Assembly: GCA_963743305.1 (NCBI GenBank)
Contig: CAVUPH010000039.1
Location: forward strand, 52,913 to 116,912
Direction of reading: 5' to 3'
Origin: an uncultured delta proteobacterium
GTDB lineage: Bacteria > Desulfobacterota > RBG-13-43-22
DNA: 64,000 nt
How positions within the stretch are numbered: position 1 is the first letter of the stretch; each line of letters starts with the position of its first letter. The notes below the pieces were generated by a model that was not told the origin of the DNA, searched no databases, and was given only the letters and a program-made list of their open reading frames with translations. Positions 49,093-58,958 of this stretch are shown here, in pieces. A program made the position numbers and the translations under genes.

Positions 49093-49428
49093 TTATTGTT
49101 CGAGGGCAAAAATGTTCAGGAAGTCGGATAGATTTTTCTCGGCCTCGGAGGTGAGGGAAACAAATTCCAAGCCGGTACCCTGGTTGTTTTGGCCCTTATG
49201 GGCAATCCTCGCCTCCAGGACAAGAAAGCCGTAACCCGGGAGGTCGATTTTGATAATCACCTGATTTCCCGGAGGTCCTAAATCCACTTGCGACAAGAAG
49301 CATCCTTTCAGGGAGAAATTTTCAGACATAACCTTTTGATCTCCGGGAGGGATTAAAACCACCAGACCCAACTGGACGCGGGGATTGTCCCGTTTTTCCC
49401 CTTCAGGAGTAAACTTTTCATCGGCCAT
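49093..49428 (-). CDS. PilZ-domain protein
   Basis: EKRDNPRV (RxxxR) and NFSLKG (D/NxSxxG) motifs; GLEF. Confidence 0.75.
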   Translation of the reverse strand: MADEKFTPEGEKRDNPRVQLGLVVLIPPGDQKVMSENFSLKGCFLSQVDLGPPGNQVIIKIDLPGYGFLVLEARIAHKGQNNQGTGLEFVSLTSEAEKNLSDFLNIFALEQ

Positions 49429-49670
49429 AATCATCTCTCCTCTAATTCTTGCCGCAGCCAGATGGTCGAAGCCTGGACATTTCCGGTCAAAAGTCGAAAA
49501 CCGTGGAAGCCTTGGGGGACCATGAATTTGATGCGGAACATCCGCCGATTTGTTTTTTAAAGAAATGCTTGACAGTCCCCCCCCCTGATTCTTTATTATT
49601 ATAAGAAGGGAATAGGGTTATTCCAAGCTTTTTAAAACGATCTTTCCCCTACTAAGTGGAACATCGAATT

Positions 49671-49832
49671 ATGACACGAAAAATTTTCCTACTTATCATA
49701 ACCATCTGTTTCTTTTTTATTGGGGGTTGCTCACAGTCTTTTTCTCAAAAACCCACTGGCGATGATTGTCTGGAAAAAGCCCAACCTTCACCTTCCTCTC
49801 TGAAAATATTGGACAAATCCGATAAGGAGTGA
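49671..49832 (+). CDS. Small lipoprotein (53 aa, below the ORF-track cutoff)
   Basis: MTRKIFLLIITICFFFIGGC|SQS..., with basic N-terminus, hydrophobic core and lipobox IGGC. Confidence 0.5.
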   Translation: MTRKIFLLIITICFFFIGGCSQSFSQKPTGDDCLEKAQPSPSSLKILDKSDKE

Positions 49833-49989
49833 TCCTAAAGGATGCCCTCCGGGAGAGGCGTATCAGTAAGATAATCCCTACACCTCGGATTTACCAATGA
49901 ATTATTAAATGCTTGACAAACATTTCACTGCTTGGTATATCTTAGTTCAACCTCTGAACATTTTATTTACTCAATCAATACAATTTGTT

Positions 49990-50490
49990 ATGATAAACTG
50001 GTATTGTCTTTACACTAAGGCGAAGCAGGAAGATATCGTCACCTTTAAACTATTAAAGCATGATGGTATTCAAGTCTTTAATCCCAAATTGAAATTAAAA
50101 AAATTTGTCCGGGGAACCTTGAAAGAAGTTGTGGAAGAACTATTCCCTTGTTATATTTTTTCCCAGTTCGACCCCTTCTTCTATTACCATATGATCAAGT
50201 ATACTCGGGGGGTTAAACGGATCGTCGGAAATAAGGAAGGATACCCTTTTGTTATCGACGAAGGCCTGCTGGAAGGGCTCCGACTGCGGATGCAGGATGG
50301 ATATCTTCACCTTGAGCCGGCGGAGTTCCCCGAAGGGGGCCCGGTATTGATCAAAGAGGGTCCCTTTAAGGGCCTCGAAGGGGTCCTGTTAAAAGAAATG
50401 AAGGCCAGTGATCGGGTCCTGGTTTTACTCAATACCATTCATTACAGCGCTAAGGTCCAAGTGGACAAGGCTTTTTTGTCTAAACCCTAG
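49990..50490 (+). CDS. rfaH: RfaH/NusG-paralogue transcription antiterminator
   Basis: NGN domain WYCLYTK..QE...ELFPCYIF...YTRGV; KOW motif V.IKEGPFKGLEG...RVLVLL. Confidence 0.8.
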   Translation: MINWYCLYTKAKQEDIVTFKLLKHDGIQVFNPKLKLKKFVRGTLKEVVEELFPCYIFSQFDPFFYYHMIKYTRGVKRIVGNKEGYPFVIDEGLLEGLRLRMQDGYLHLEPAEFPEGGPVLIKEGPFKGLEGVLLKEMKASDRVLVLLNTIHYSAKVQVDKAFLSKP

Positions 50491-50598
50491 GCAAAAATTT
50501 CAACAATTTTTGCCTATAATAAAAAACCGCTTTCGCCTCAAAGACAATAAGGGGGCCGTCTTTTTTGCCCTGACCCTCGACTTCCTTTTGGACAACAG

Positions 50599-50629
50599 CC
50601 CGGTCTAGACCGGGGATGGCGGTAGCCTG
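50599..50629 (+). promoter_or_regulatory. ops element (JUMPstart-like) preceded by a hairpin
   Basis: GGCGGTAGCCTG (50618-50629) matches ops GGCGGTAGnnTG; preceded by CCCGGTCTAGACCGGG; lies between rfaH and the polysaccharide genes. Confidence 0.8.
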
Positions 50630-50687
50630 CCCTTTTCCTGCTCGTTTCTTCGAAAAATTATTTAAGAATCCTTTTTCTCAAGTTAGA

Positions 50688-51044
50688 ATGGACGAAAGCT
50701 ACTTAAAAACACTCCGGGTTTTAGAGGAGACCCCTTCCCTCTCCCAACGGATGCTGGCCGAAAGGCTCAAACTCAGCCTGGGAAAGGCCAATTACCTGCT
50801 GAACGCCTTGATCAATCAAGGATTGGTTAAAGTCGTCCATTTTAAAAACTCCGCCAACAAGCGATCGTATATGTACCATCTGACCCCGGAAGGAATGCAG
50901 CGCAAGCTGGAATTGACCTACCAGTTTATCCAGCTTAAATCCAGGGAGTTTGAGCACCTGCAACAAGAAATTGAAACCCTCAAGCTGGAAGTCGAAAATT
51001 CCAGGCAATCAGAGCACCTTTCCCAGCCGCGAATCCTGGTTTGA
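50688..51044 (+). CDS. MarR-family EPS-associated transcriptional regulator
   Basis: SQR.LA..L..SLGK.NY.L.AL...G.VK...F.NS.NK..Y.Y.LTP.G...K. Confidence 0.85.
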   Translation: MDESYLKTLRVLEETPSLSQRMLAERLKLSLGKANYLLNALINQGLVKVVHFKNSANKRSYMYHLTPEGMQRKLELTYQFIQLKSREFEHLQQEIETLKLEVENSRQSEHLSQPRILV

Positions 51045-51517
51045 GGTTCCTGATCCCTCCCCTTATTTTTCTTCTAATGCTCGGTCCGGGCTGTAGCAAG
51101 AAAACATCGAGTGACCGGCCCCTGCCACCGGAAGGCTTTCAGGCCCAATTAAGCATAGAAAATCAACCGGTCACTTTAAAGACCTACCAGGTTTTTAAAG
51201 CCAAGATGGTGATCAAAAATAATAGCCCGGTGAATTGGCCCTCCCAGCGAGGGAAAGAGGGGAACCGCAACTGGATCCGCCTAGCCTATCGCTGGTATGA
51301 CTTATCCGGGAACTTGGTGAGTACCCCGATTGAACGAACCAACCTGCCTCATGATTTAGAACCTCAGCAACAGGTGGAAGTTGTGGCCAAAGTGGTTCCT
51401 CCGGAAAGACCAGGAGATTATTTCCTGGAGATTGATATGGCTCAAGAGGAGGTGGAGTGGTTCAAGAGCAAAATATCTCCGGCCTGTATCTTTAAAGTAA
51501 AAGTTGAAGAAAATTAA
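51041..51517 (+). CDS. Putative lipoprotein with Ig-like domain
   Basis: Lipobox-like LGPGC; RLAYRW.D..G...R..LP.DL.P...PG.Y.L.IDM.QE...WF. Confidence 0.55.
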   Translation: MRFLIPPLIFLLMLGPGCSKKTSSDRPLPPEGFQAQLSIENQPVTLKTYQVFKAKMVIKNNSPVNWPSQRGKEGNRNWIRLAYRWYDLSGNLVSTPIERTNLPHDLEPQQQVEVVAKVVPPERPGDYFLEIDMAQEEVEWFKSKISPACIFKVKVEEN

Positions 51518-52584
51518 TACAACTAGCTTGCTTTTAATAGGATCCTTTTTCGCTTCCTGGATGACGGAATGGGCTCTCCAGTGGCGCTCGTTTCCCACTG
51601 GGGGGGCAACCTTTAGGTTCTTTAGCCCTCTGGAGCAAAGGGGTGCTGCTTTTGGGGCTAGCCTCCATCTATTTCGGCCTTGCCCTAATCATCCGCTGGG
51701 CCGGCCGAGATGCTCATCGACTTTACCTGGCCTCCGGCGTTCGCTTAAACCTGGTTTCCATTTCCTGGTACCGCTTCCTGAACCCTTTCGGCCCTCTCTA
51801 TAGTCTCTATCGCCACTGGGATCTGTTAAGTCAGTTCACCCGGCGAGAGATTGAGGGACGTTACAAAGGCTCTTATCTGGGGATGATTTGGCCAGTAATT
51901 ATCCCATTGTTATTACTAGGAATTTATACTTTTATCTTTTCGTTGGTTTTTAAGGTGAAGTGGTTGGGCGGCGGAGAGATCAACCAGGGGGAGTTTGCCC
52001 TGACCCTATTTGCCGGATTGATCGCCTTTACCATTTTTTCAGAGACCATAACCCGCGCCCCTTCCTTGATTGTTTCCAACCCCAATTATGTCAAAAAGGT
52101 AATTTTCCCACTGGAAATCCTGCCGGTGAGCGTTTTGGGGGCCGCGCTTTTTCAAGGGCTGATCAGTGTGGGCATCCTGATAGCCGGTGAGATGTTCTTG
52201 CTGGGTACATTCTCGGCCAAGGTATTTCTCCTGCCCTTGTTTATTGTCCCTCTGGCCGGTTTTTCCCTGGGCCTGGCCTGGTTTTTGTCCTCCTTGGGCG
52301 TTTATCTCCGAGACATCGGTTATGCCATCGGGCTTGTGGTCCAGATCCTGTTTTTCCTCTCCCCGATATTTTATCCCATTGAGGCCGTCCCGGAAAGATT
52401 CCGGATTTTCATCAAGTTGAATCCGTTGACCGGGATACTGGAAGGGTTCCGCCAGGTGCTGGTCTGGAATCAGTGGCCCGACTTCGGGTTCTGGTTTATC
52501 CAAACGGCCGGCGCCATCCTGGTTTTTGTCTGCGGATATATGTGGTTTATGAAAACCCGTTCCGGTTTTGCCGATGTCCTGTAA
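51504..52584 (+). CDS. wzm: Polysaccharide ABC transporter permease Wzm (N-terminal extension frameshifted)
   Basis: [32 protein letters not shown] and LNPL motifs. Confidence 0.85.
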
Positions 52585-52601
52585 TCTCAGTCAAAAAATC
52601 C

Positions 52602-53687
52602 ATGTCTGAAATTCCTAAGAACGCCCGAATTTTTGTAGCCGGTCACCGGGGTCTGGTGGGCGCGTCCATCCTCCGCCGTTTGCGGCAGGAGGGTTATACC
52701 AACGTACTGACCGCCACCCGCGAACAGCTTGACCTGCGTGATCAGGCCGCGGTTAATTACTGGTTCCGGGCCAACCGGCCCGAGTACGTTTTTCTGGTGG
52801 CCGGAACCGTAGGGGGTATCTGGGCTAACGCCACCCGACCCGCCGAATTCATCTACGACAACCTGATGATCCATGCCACCGTGGTTCATGCCGCCCACGT
52901 CTTCGAGACCGAAAAACTCCTTTACCTGGGCAGTTCCTGCATCTATCCCCGCGAATGCCCCCAACCCATGGTCGAGGAATATCTTCTGACCGGCGTATTG
53001 GAGCCCACCAATGAACCTTATGCCATTGCCAAGATCGCCGGGATCAAGCTCTGCCAGGCCTATCGGAAGCAGTACGGCTCCAACTTCATTTCCGCCATGC
53101 CCACCAATCTTTACGGTCCCCACGATAATTTTGATTTGCTGAGTTCTCACGTCCTCCCGGCCCTGATCCGAAAATTTCATCTGGCCAAACTCGCCGAGCA
53201 AGAAGACTTGGAGGGGCTTGATCGAGACGAAGCCTTATTTGGTCCCATTCCTCCGGAATTAAAAGGTCCCTTGGGATTCCCTTCAGGCGCAAACAACCAA
53301 GTTTTAACGCCGAACGCCGAACGCCGAACGCCGAACGCAGTAACCATTTGGGGCTCCGGTTCACCCCGCCGGGAATTTCTCTTTGTGGATGACCTGGCGG
53401 ATGCTTGTCTCTATTTAATGGAACATTACTCCGATGACCCCCATATCAACATCGGCGCCGGAGAAGACTGTACTATCCGGGAACTGGCCGAAATAGTGCG
53501 GGAGGTAGTCTATCCTGAGGCTACGCTGGTGTTCGACGACACCAAACCGGATGGGACCCCCCAAAAGCTTCTTAATGTCCAGCGACTTCATCGGATGGGA
53601 TGGAAGCATAAAATCAATCTTAGGGAGGGGATATCCTCCACGTACACCTGGTACCAAAATCAAGGAAAAGGAATCTCAACCCCATGA
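52602..53687 (+). CDS. fcl: GDP-L-fucose synthase with internal insertion
   Basis: [42 protein letters not shown] and KPDG. Confidence 0.92.
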   Translation: MSEIPKNARIFVAGHRGLVGASILRRLRQEGYTNVLTATREQLDLRDQAAVNYWFRANRPEYVFLVAGTVGGIWANATRPAEFIYDNLMIHATVVHAAHVFETEKLLYLGSSCIYPRECPQPMVEEYLLTGVLEPTNEPYAIAKIAGIKLCQAYRKQYGSNFISAMPTNLYGPHDNFDLLSSHVLPALIRKFHLAKLAEQEDLEGLDRDEALFGPIPPELKGPLGFPSGANNQVLTPNAERRTPNAVTIWGSGSPRREFLFVDDLADACLYLMEHYSDDPHINIGAGEDCTIRELAEIVREVVYPEATLVFDDTKPDGTPQKLLNVQRLHRMGWKHKINLREGISSTYTWYQNQGKGISTP

Positions 53688-55007
53688 ACCCCGAACAAGA
53701 CCCCAGACCCCTTTACGAGGACGAAATCAACCTGGCCCCTATCTTTCAAATTCTTTATCGAAGGAGAAAATTTATTCTTTACGGCACCCTTTTGGCGGCC
53801 GTTTTGTCCCTACTCATTGCCCTGGTGCTTCCCCGGATCTATCGAAGTGAAGGATTTTATGCCTTTACCGGCCAGCGTATCGTTTCGGAAAGGGATAAGG
53901 AAAAGGATAAAGATAAAGATAAGGATAAAGACCGGACCCTTCGGATCTCGACAATGTCGATTCCCGATTTTAAAAAATACCAAAAGCGTTTCACCAACCC
54001 CTTGCTTTTCCAAAATTTCATTAAGCGGAAAGGGCTGTTAAATCAGGAAGATCTATCCATGGTTTCCAAATCCATCCAATCTTCCGAGGATCTTAACAAG
54101 CTCATTTCCCCGGCGTATGCCTATGCCAAGGAAGACTTAAAAGTGCTGGCCGGCCTCCCTCCCGACATGCAGAATTATGTGATCGGGGTCCAGTTGAACT
54201 GGGAAGCAAAAGGTCCGGAGAAAGCCCGGGCACTAGTAATCATTCTGGGGGTTTTTCTCAGGAATACGATCATGTATAACCTCCTCTATGATTACATCAA
54301 CGGCAATTATACCATTTTCTGCCAATGATATCCGTAAGTTTGAAAACGACAACCTAACCACGAAATTCAATCTGGAACAACTCTCGTTAAAAGCGGACCG
54401 CATGAAAACGATTATAAAGCGTTACCCTTTGGCCGGTTCTGCCGAAAATCGCCAGGTTGTTTCGGTTGGCGAGGGGGGATACAATTATTTGTCTCCGGCC
54501 ACACAGTTGGTGGGCGTGGAATCGCAGGTGGCCGATCTAATGGAAAAATCGGCCAAGCAAACTCGAAACAAGGAAATTTCCCAGGTTAATTACAACTTCT
54601 TTAATGAGGCCCGAAAATTTTTTGGGAAAGACGAAAACGGGGATTTGGTTTACAACAATCTGGTCGAACTTCAGAATCAGTTTTTTAAAAACCTGGACTT
54701 AAACAAAGACACCAACCGCGAAGTATACAATGCCCTGCTCAATGATATGGAAATAATTCGTTATACCTTTTATGAATCGTATCGCTTCGTTTCTGAACCC
54801 AACCTCCCTTTGAAGCCCGTCAAGCCGAAAAAGGCAATGATTGTTATTATCACTACCATTCTGGCGTTCTTTGTTTTTGTATTTTTAGCCTTTATTATCG
54901 AATGGTGGAAGAATAATAAATCCTTCATTAAGGAAAATGGCTCTTCGGCTCCTCAACCCGCAAACGCTAAGATTCAGAAGGACCCCGCGGACCATGGCGC
55001 TTCATGA
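53684..55007 (+). CDS. wzz: Wzz-type chain-length determinant (frameshift near 54320)
   Basis: EDEINL...TM...P.IY.S; C-terminal P..P.KP.K..I..+TM; contains a (DK)n microsatellite at about 53893-53930. Confidence 0.8.
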
Positions 55008-55089
55008 CCCTCTGGTTTAGTATGTAAATAAGCCTCTATGACCTGCAAAAAGGCCAATAATCAATTGATGGAAGAAAGCTCCAGCCCCC

Positions 55090-55186
55090 GTCATTGCGAG
55101 CGGAGCGAAGCAATCTCCATCGGCAGCTTAGAGGAACCCGGGAGCCAGCGGGGGGATTGCTTCCGCGCTCCGCTTCTCGCAATGAC
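55090..55186. repeat. GTCATTGCGAG...CTCGCAATGAC REP doublet
   Basis: Same family as 13490, 14336 and 34060; flanked by the shared TAGTATGTAAATAAG and GCTTCGTGGGCG motifs. Confidence 0.75.
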
Positions 55187-55301
55187 GTCTTTGCTGGCAA
55201 GTCCTAATATTTTAACGCTTCGTGGGCGCCCACCCCGGGCATGGGATTGTCCTCTCTGGGAACCAATAATTGAGTGGCGAAGGCCCAACTGGAGATAATG
55301 C

Positions 55302-55517
55302 ATGTCGGAGACGGTAAAAAAAGAAGCGGTCTACGACGATCTCCTCGAAATTCCGGAAAATATGATCGGCGAAATCATTGCGAGGGAATTGATCGTTTCT
55401 CCCAGACCTTCGCCGAGCCGATGGTCGCTCCTATCCACCCATGCCGACGACGACCAGGTTCGGGCCGAACCCTTTTCGGAGATCGAAATCCCCCTTTCCG
55501 AACTCTGGTGGCAATAA
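55302..55517 (+). pseudogene. Uma2-family endonuclease with internal deletion
   Basis: N-terminus YDDL..IPENMIGEII..ELIVSPRPS is fused to C-terminus RW.LL.TH..DD.VRAEPF.EIEI.L..LW; the PD-(D/E)xK core is absent. Confidence 0.7.
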
Positions 55518-55636
55518 GGTCTCAATGGCCGGCTAAGAAATGAATTGTCCGATCATGGCCTATCCAAATACGCTCACGGAAATTAATCGTATACCGGAAA
55601 TCAAACGGACTTGTTTTCACCCAGCCTAAGCAAAAG

Positions 55637-56035
55637 TCACGGGGTAAGAAACAGATGGTAGACCAAGCCGCTGATTTTCTCAAAATGATGATCCCGCGTA
55701 ACCAGTTCGGCCCCATACTCCATGGCCTGCGCTGCCACCCAGATGTCGTTAGAAGGTAATGGCGTCTCTTGCCGTTTAAGCTGCTCGGCGATTCTGGCAT
55801 AACGGTCAGCGGTAACCTCTCCTATCTGGATCACTTCCACGGCGTCATGGGCAATGAATTGGTTCAGCTCCTCAAAATTTTTCTCGAATCTGGTTCCATT
55901 ACGAAATCCAAAAATTAATTCTCCCAACACTATGGGAGATAGTAGAATTACGTTTGCTCGAATCAGAAATTCAACAATTTCAGAATTTCCCAATTTGAAA
56001 CCGGCATAAACGTTAGTATCCAGAAGTAGTTTCAT
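55637..56035 (-). CDS. vapC: VapC PIN-domain toxin
   Basis: LLDTN, IVLGEL, NDIWVAA and LVTRD.HF. Confidence 0.9.
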   Translation of the reverse strand: MKLLLDTNVYAGFKLGNSEIVEFLIRANVILLSPIVLGELIFGFRNGTRFEKNFEELNQFIAHDAVEVIQIGEVTADRYARIAEQLKRQETPLPSNDIWVAAQAMEYGAELVTRDHHFEKISGLVYHLFLTP

Positions 56036-56283
56036 TGCCACATTTCTTCGTCAATCTGGTCAAACGATCCAATAGAATTCAGAAAATCCGAAGCTTCCTG
56101 CTCGCTCCAGCCCCCCGCCAATGCCTTCAGGGTGTCTGCCGCGGGCCTACGTTTTCCCGTTCCTAATGTTTGCTGAATGATTTCAGTGAGTACACAATTA
56201 ATCGACTGATGCCTGTCCTTGGCCATTTGCCGGATTTTTTGTTCGATTTCCGGCTCAAGTCCCCGTACCGTGATCTGGCTCAT
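56032..56283 (-). CDS. FitA/VapB-like ribbon-helix-helix antitoxin
   Basis: MSQITVRGL...SIN...; LAGGWS...F..ID; ATGA overlap with vapC. Confidence 0.8.
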   Translation of the reverse strand: MSQITVRGLEPEIEQKIRQMAKDRHQSINCVLTEIIQQTLGTGKRRPAADTLKALAGGWSEQEASDFLNSIGSFDQIDEEMWQ

Positions 56284-56315
56284 GACTCCCTCCATAAAGC
56301 ATTATGCCTCATAAT

Positions 56316-56729
56316 ATGAGTCACAAAAAGGCATGTCAAGAAAAAATTACCGAAATCATACGGGGCCATGGCCTTTTATACCCGGCCATCCTGGCGATCT
56401 ATCTCTTCGGATCTCAAAGCACGGGAAAAGCAAAACCTGACAGTGATCTGGATCTGGCCATTCTCCTCTTTCCCGGTCAAGAAGAAGATTTCCCCCTGCT
56501 GGAGTTGGCAGTCTCTTTGGAAAAGGCCTTGGGGCTGAGGGTCGACTTGGTCATCCTCAACCGGGCCGGCGAGCTGTTAAAATACCAGGTTCGCCGGTAC
56601 GGACGCTTGCTCTACGACCGGGATCCCCGTCTCAGGAAACAATTTGAAGTCCGGGGGAGAAAGGCCTTCGATGATTTTCTTTATCTTCACCGTCGACATC
56701 TCAGCCGGGCAATCCACCGGCCGGCATAA
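56316..56729 (+). CDS. MNT (MntA-type) antitoxin nucleotidyltransferase
   Basis: YLFGSQSTGKAKPDSDLDLA (GSX10DXD); VDLVILN. Confidence 0.85.
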   Translation: MSHKKACQEKITEIIRGHGLLYPAILAIYLFGSQSTGKAKPDSDLDLAILLFPGQEEDFPLLELAVSLEKALGLRVDLVILNRAGELLKYQVRRYGRLLYDRDPRLRKQFEVRGRKAFDDFLYLHRRHLSRAIHRPA

Positions 56730-56741
56730 AAGGGGTAAGTA

Positions 56742-57177
56742 TTGGTTGATCGCCTGCTGTTGGAAAAGATACTGGGGAATATACGCGCCAACGTCCGCGA
56801 TTTAGAAAAGGCCAAGGACATAACCTGGGAGGTGTATCAAAGCGATGTCCGATCCCGCCGCTTTGTGGAACGGACCCTTCACATAATGATCGAAGCTTGT
56901 ATTGACGTTGCCCAACATATTATCTCCGACGAGGGGTTTCGGGAGCCCTCTACCTATCGAGACGCCTTCGTTGTCCTGGCCGAAGAAAGAATCATTTCAG
57001 CCGATCTGCTTCCTCGGTTGGAACAGATGGCGGCCTTTCCGAAATTTGATCGTCCATTACTATGAAAAAATCGACGACGCCATCGTTTTTGGGGTATTCC
57101 AACGCAACCTTTGCGATTTTTTGGCCTTTGTCGATATTATTTCTGCTTATAATATGGGAATAGACTCCGAACCATGA
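56742..57177 (+). CDS. HEPN (DUF86/HepT-type) RNase toxin (frameshift near 57040)
   Basis: VER.L...IEACIDVA.HII...P.TY; FRNLIVHYY (RX4HXY). Confidence 0.82.
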
Positions 57178-57554
57178 TTAAAACCCGGAGGCATTCTTGC
57201 ATTTCCGCGCAATTGGAGGGTTTTGATCTTTCTCTTTGGGAAGAATCTATTCGCCGGGAATATGCCGAAAGAGAAAAAGAGCGGTTGGCAACCTTAGGCC
57301 GGGTCGAAACCCTGTTGGCCGATTATTTAATAAAGAAAAAGGTCCGCCGTGCTTTCCTGGTAGGCTCTATTCTGGAGAAAGGAGGATTTTATCCCTTTTC
57401 GGATATCGATGTGCTCGTGGAAGGACTCCGCGGAGACTATCTCAAAACCGTAACCGAGTTGGAGGGCCTGTTGAACCGAACAGTCGACCTCATCGAGGGA
57501 GAGCGGTGTCGATTCCTTTTATCCCTTGAGCAAAAGGGAAGGCGGATTCTATGA
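57174..57554 (+). CDS. MNT nucleotidyltransferase
   Basis: LVGSILEKGGFYPFSDIDVLVEG; VDLI. Confidence 0.8.
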   Translation: MIKTRRHSCISAQLEGFDLSLWEESIRREYAEREKERLATLGRVETLLADYLIKKKVRRAFLVGSILEKGGFYPFSDIDVLVEGLRGDYLKTVTELEGLLNRTVDLIEGERCRFLLSLEQKGRRIL

Positions 57555-58054
57555 AGAAAGAACGGTTGGCCGTCCTTTTGGGTTATTTTGAAAGCCAAAT
57601 GGAGTTGATTGAGCGAATACGGAAAGAGGTTGAATCCACCCAACCCACGGACAGAGAAAAAACAAGCCACTTGGGCTACCTCCTGCATAACTTTTATTGT
57701 GCGTTGGAGGAACTTTTCCAGGAAGTGGCCAAAACCTTTGAAAACCGTATCGAGGACTTATCCCGGTACCACCGGGAACTCCTTCAGCGCATGCGACTGA
57801 CTATTCCCGGTATTCGAACGAATGTACTGTCCGAAAAGAGTTTTGCGATCCTTGATGAATTAAGGGCCTTCCGACATATCTTTCGGCATGCCTACACTTA
57901 TGAACTGGACCCTGAACGGGTTCGAACTCTCAAACTCAAGGTGAAACGTCACTGGCTGCTGATCCGCATGGACCTTGACGAGTTCGCTCGCTTTGTAGGG
58001 AACGCCATGGAAAAAAACTCACCTTATCAGAAAAACCGGCGGAAGAAATCTTGA
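57551..58054 (+). CDS. HEPN (HepT-like) toxin
   Basis: LHNFY..LE..F..VA..FEN...H.ELL..M; FRHIFRHAY (RX4HXY). Confidence 0.82.
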   Translation: MKKERLAVLLGYFESQMELIERIRKEVESTQPTDREKTSHLGYLLHNFYCALEELFQEVAKTFENRIEDLSRYHRELLQRMRLTIPGIRTNVLSEKSFAILDELRAFRHIFRHAYTYELDPERVRTLKLKVKRHWLLIRMDLDEFARFVGNAMEKNSPYQKNRRKKS

Positions 58055-58251
58055 TGGAGGTTCCAGATCAAGAGGTAGTTAAGCCGCAAGATAATGCCCC
58101 GACAACCTCCAGGGGCCGTTACGCTCAGGCTCTGCAGGCGCGCCTGGACGCTATCCGTAATGCGCCGTTGCCACCCGACAACGAGTTGCCGGAATTCACT
58201 GAAAAGCAGCGTAGTCGCATCGAAGCTTTCGCCTTTAAAAAATCTTACTGA
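58054..58251 (+). CDS. Small hypothetical protein (copy 1 of duplicated ORF)
   Basis: YAQALQARLDAIRNAPLPPDNELPEFTEKQRSRIEAFA; paralogue at 59833-60063. Confidence 0.5.
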   Translation: MEVPDQEVVKPQDNAPTTSRGRYAQALQARLDAIRNAPLPPDNELPEFTEKQRSRIEAFAFKKSY

Positions 58252-58263
58252 GGAAGCACGATT

Positions 58264-58572
58264 ATGAAAATGCAGGCTATGTTTTATGAGGACGGCCGTT
58301 TGGTTTTAAAGAACCCCTTACAGATGAAAACCTATCCGATTAAGGTCGAACTAATTGTACCGGATGAATACACGGAGCCTTTCTCAGAAAAACCCATAGA
58401 AAAAATCTTGATACCGGATATTGATATTAAAAATGAACAACTTATTGATATGATGGATGAAATTCAATCTATGCTTGGACCGCTATACGGATGGGTCGAT
58501 GATGGAAAAACGGACGCGGAAAAATTCGCATCAGAATTGGAGGCCGCCTACCGATTATCGGAAACCTGTTGA
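58264..58572 (+). CDS. Hypothetical antitoxin-like protein
   Basis: RBS GAGG; N-terminal A.YEDG.L beta-hairpin motif typical of small antitoxin-like proteins; acidic. Confidence 0.5.
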   Translation: MKMQAMFYEDGRLVLKNPLQMKTYPIKVELIVPDEYTEPFSEKPIEKILIPDIDIKNEQLIDMMDEIQSMLGPLYGWVDDGKTDAEKFASELEAAYRLSETC

Positions 58573-58601
58573 CTGATGTAAACGTGACAATAGATAGACA
58601 T

Positions 58602-58943
58602 ATGCGCCGGCCTGAACCCAGACCTGTCGACTTCATCGACCTCAGGACTCAGCAGGATGCCATCCGCCCTGCCCTGGAAATCGGCATTCATCGCGTACTC
58701 GGTCATGGTCAGTACATCATGGGGCCGGAAATAGGGGACTCAAGGATAATAAATTCCCTACAGCAATTTATTATCCCACACCTCTGCATCTGCAGGACGG
58801 CCTTCACATCCTTAGGTTATGGGCCTGGCGCGTTCCCGGTAAGTGAAAACACCTCAAACAGGATTTTAAGTATTCCCATGCATCCTTACTTAAACGAGCA
58901 ATTTCAAGAAGCGGTTGTTAATGCAATGAGCCATGCCCGTTAA
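58602..58943 (+). pseudogene. DegT/DnrJ/WbpE aminotransferase with large internal deletion
   Basis: DFIDLRTQQ...VLGHGQYIMGPEI is joined almost directly to AF.SLGY..G.FPVSE..S.RILSIPMHPYL; the PLP-binding core is missing. Confidence 0.75.
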
Positions 58944-58958
58944 ACTTATCCTTTGGAT

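Noticed and set aside
49840-49864. Riboswitch-like hairpin before rfaH (near the PilZ gene)
   Set aside because: A single imperfect stem without the conserved c-di-GMP riboswitch motifs.
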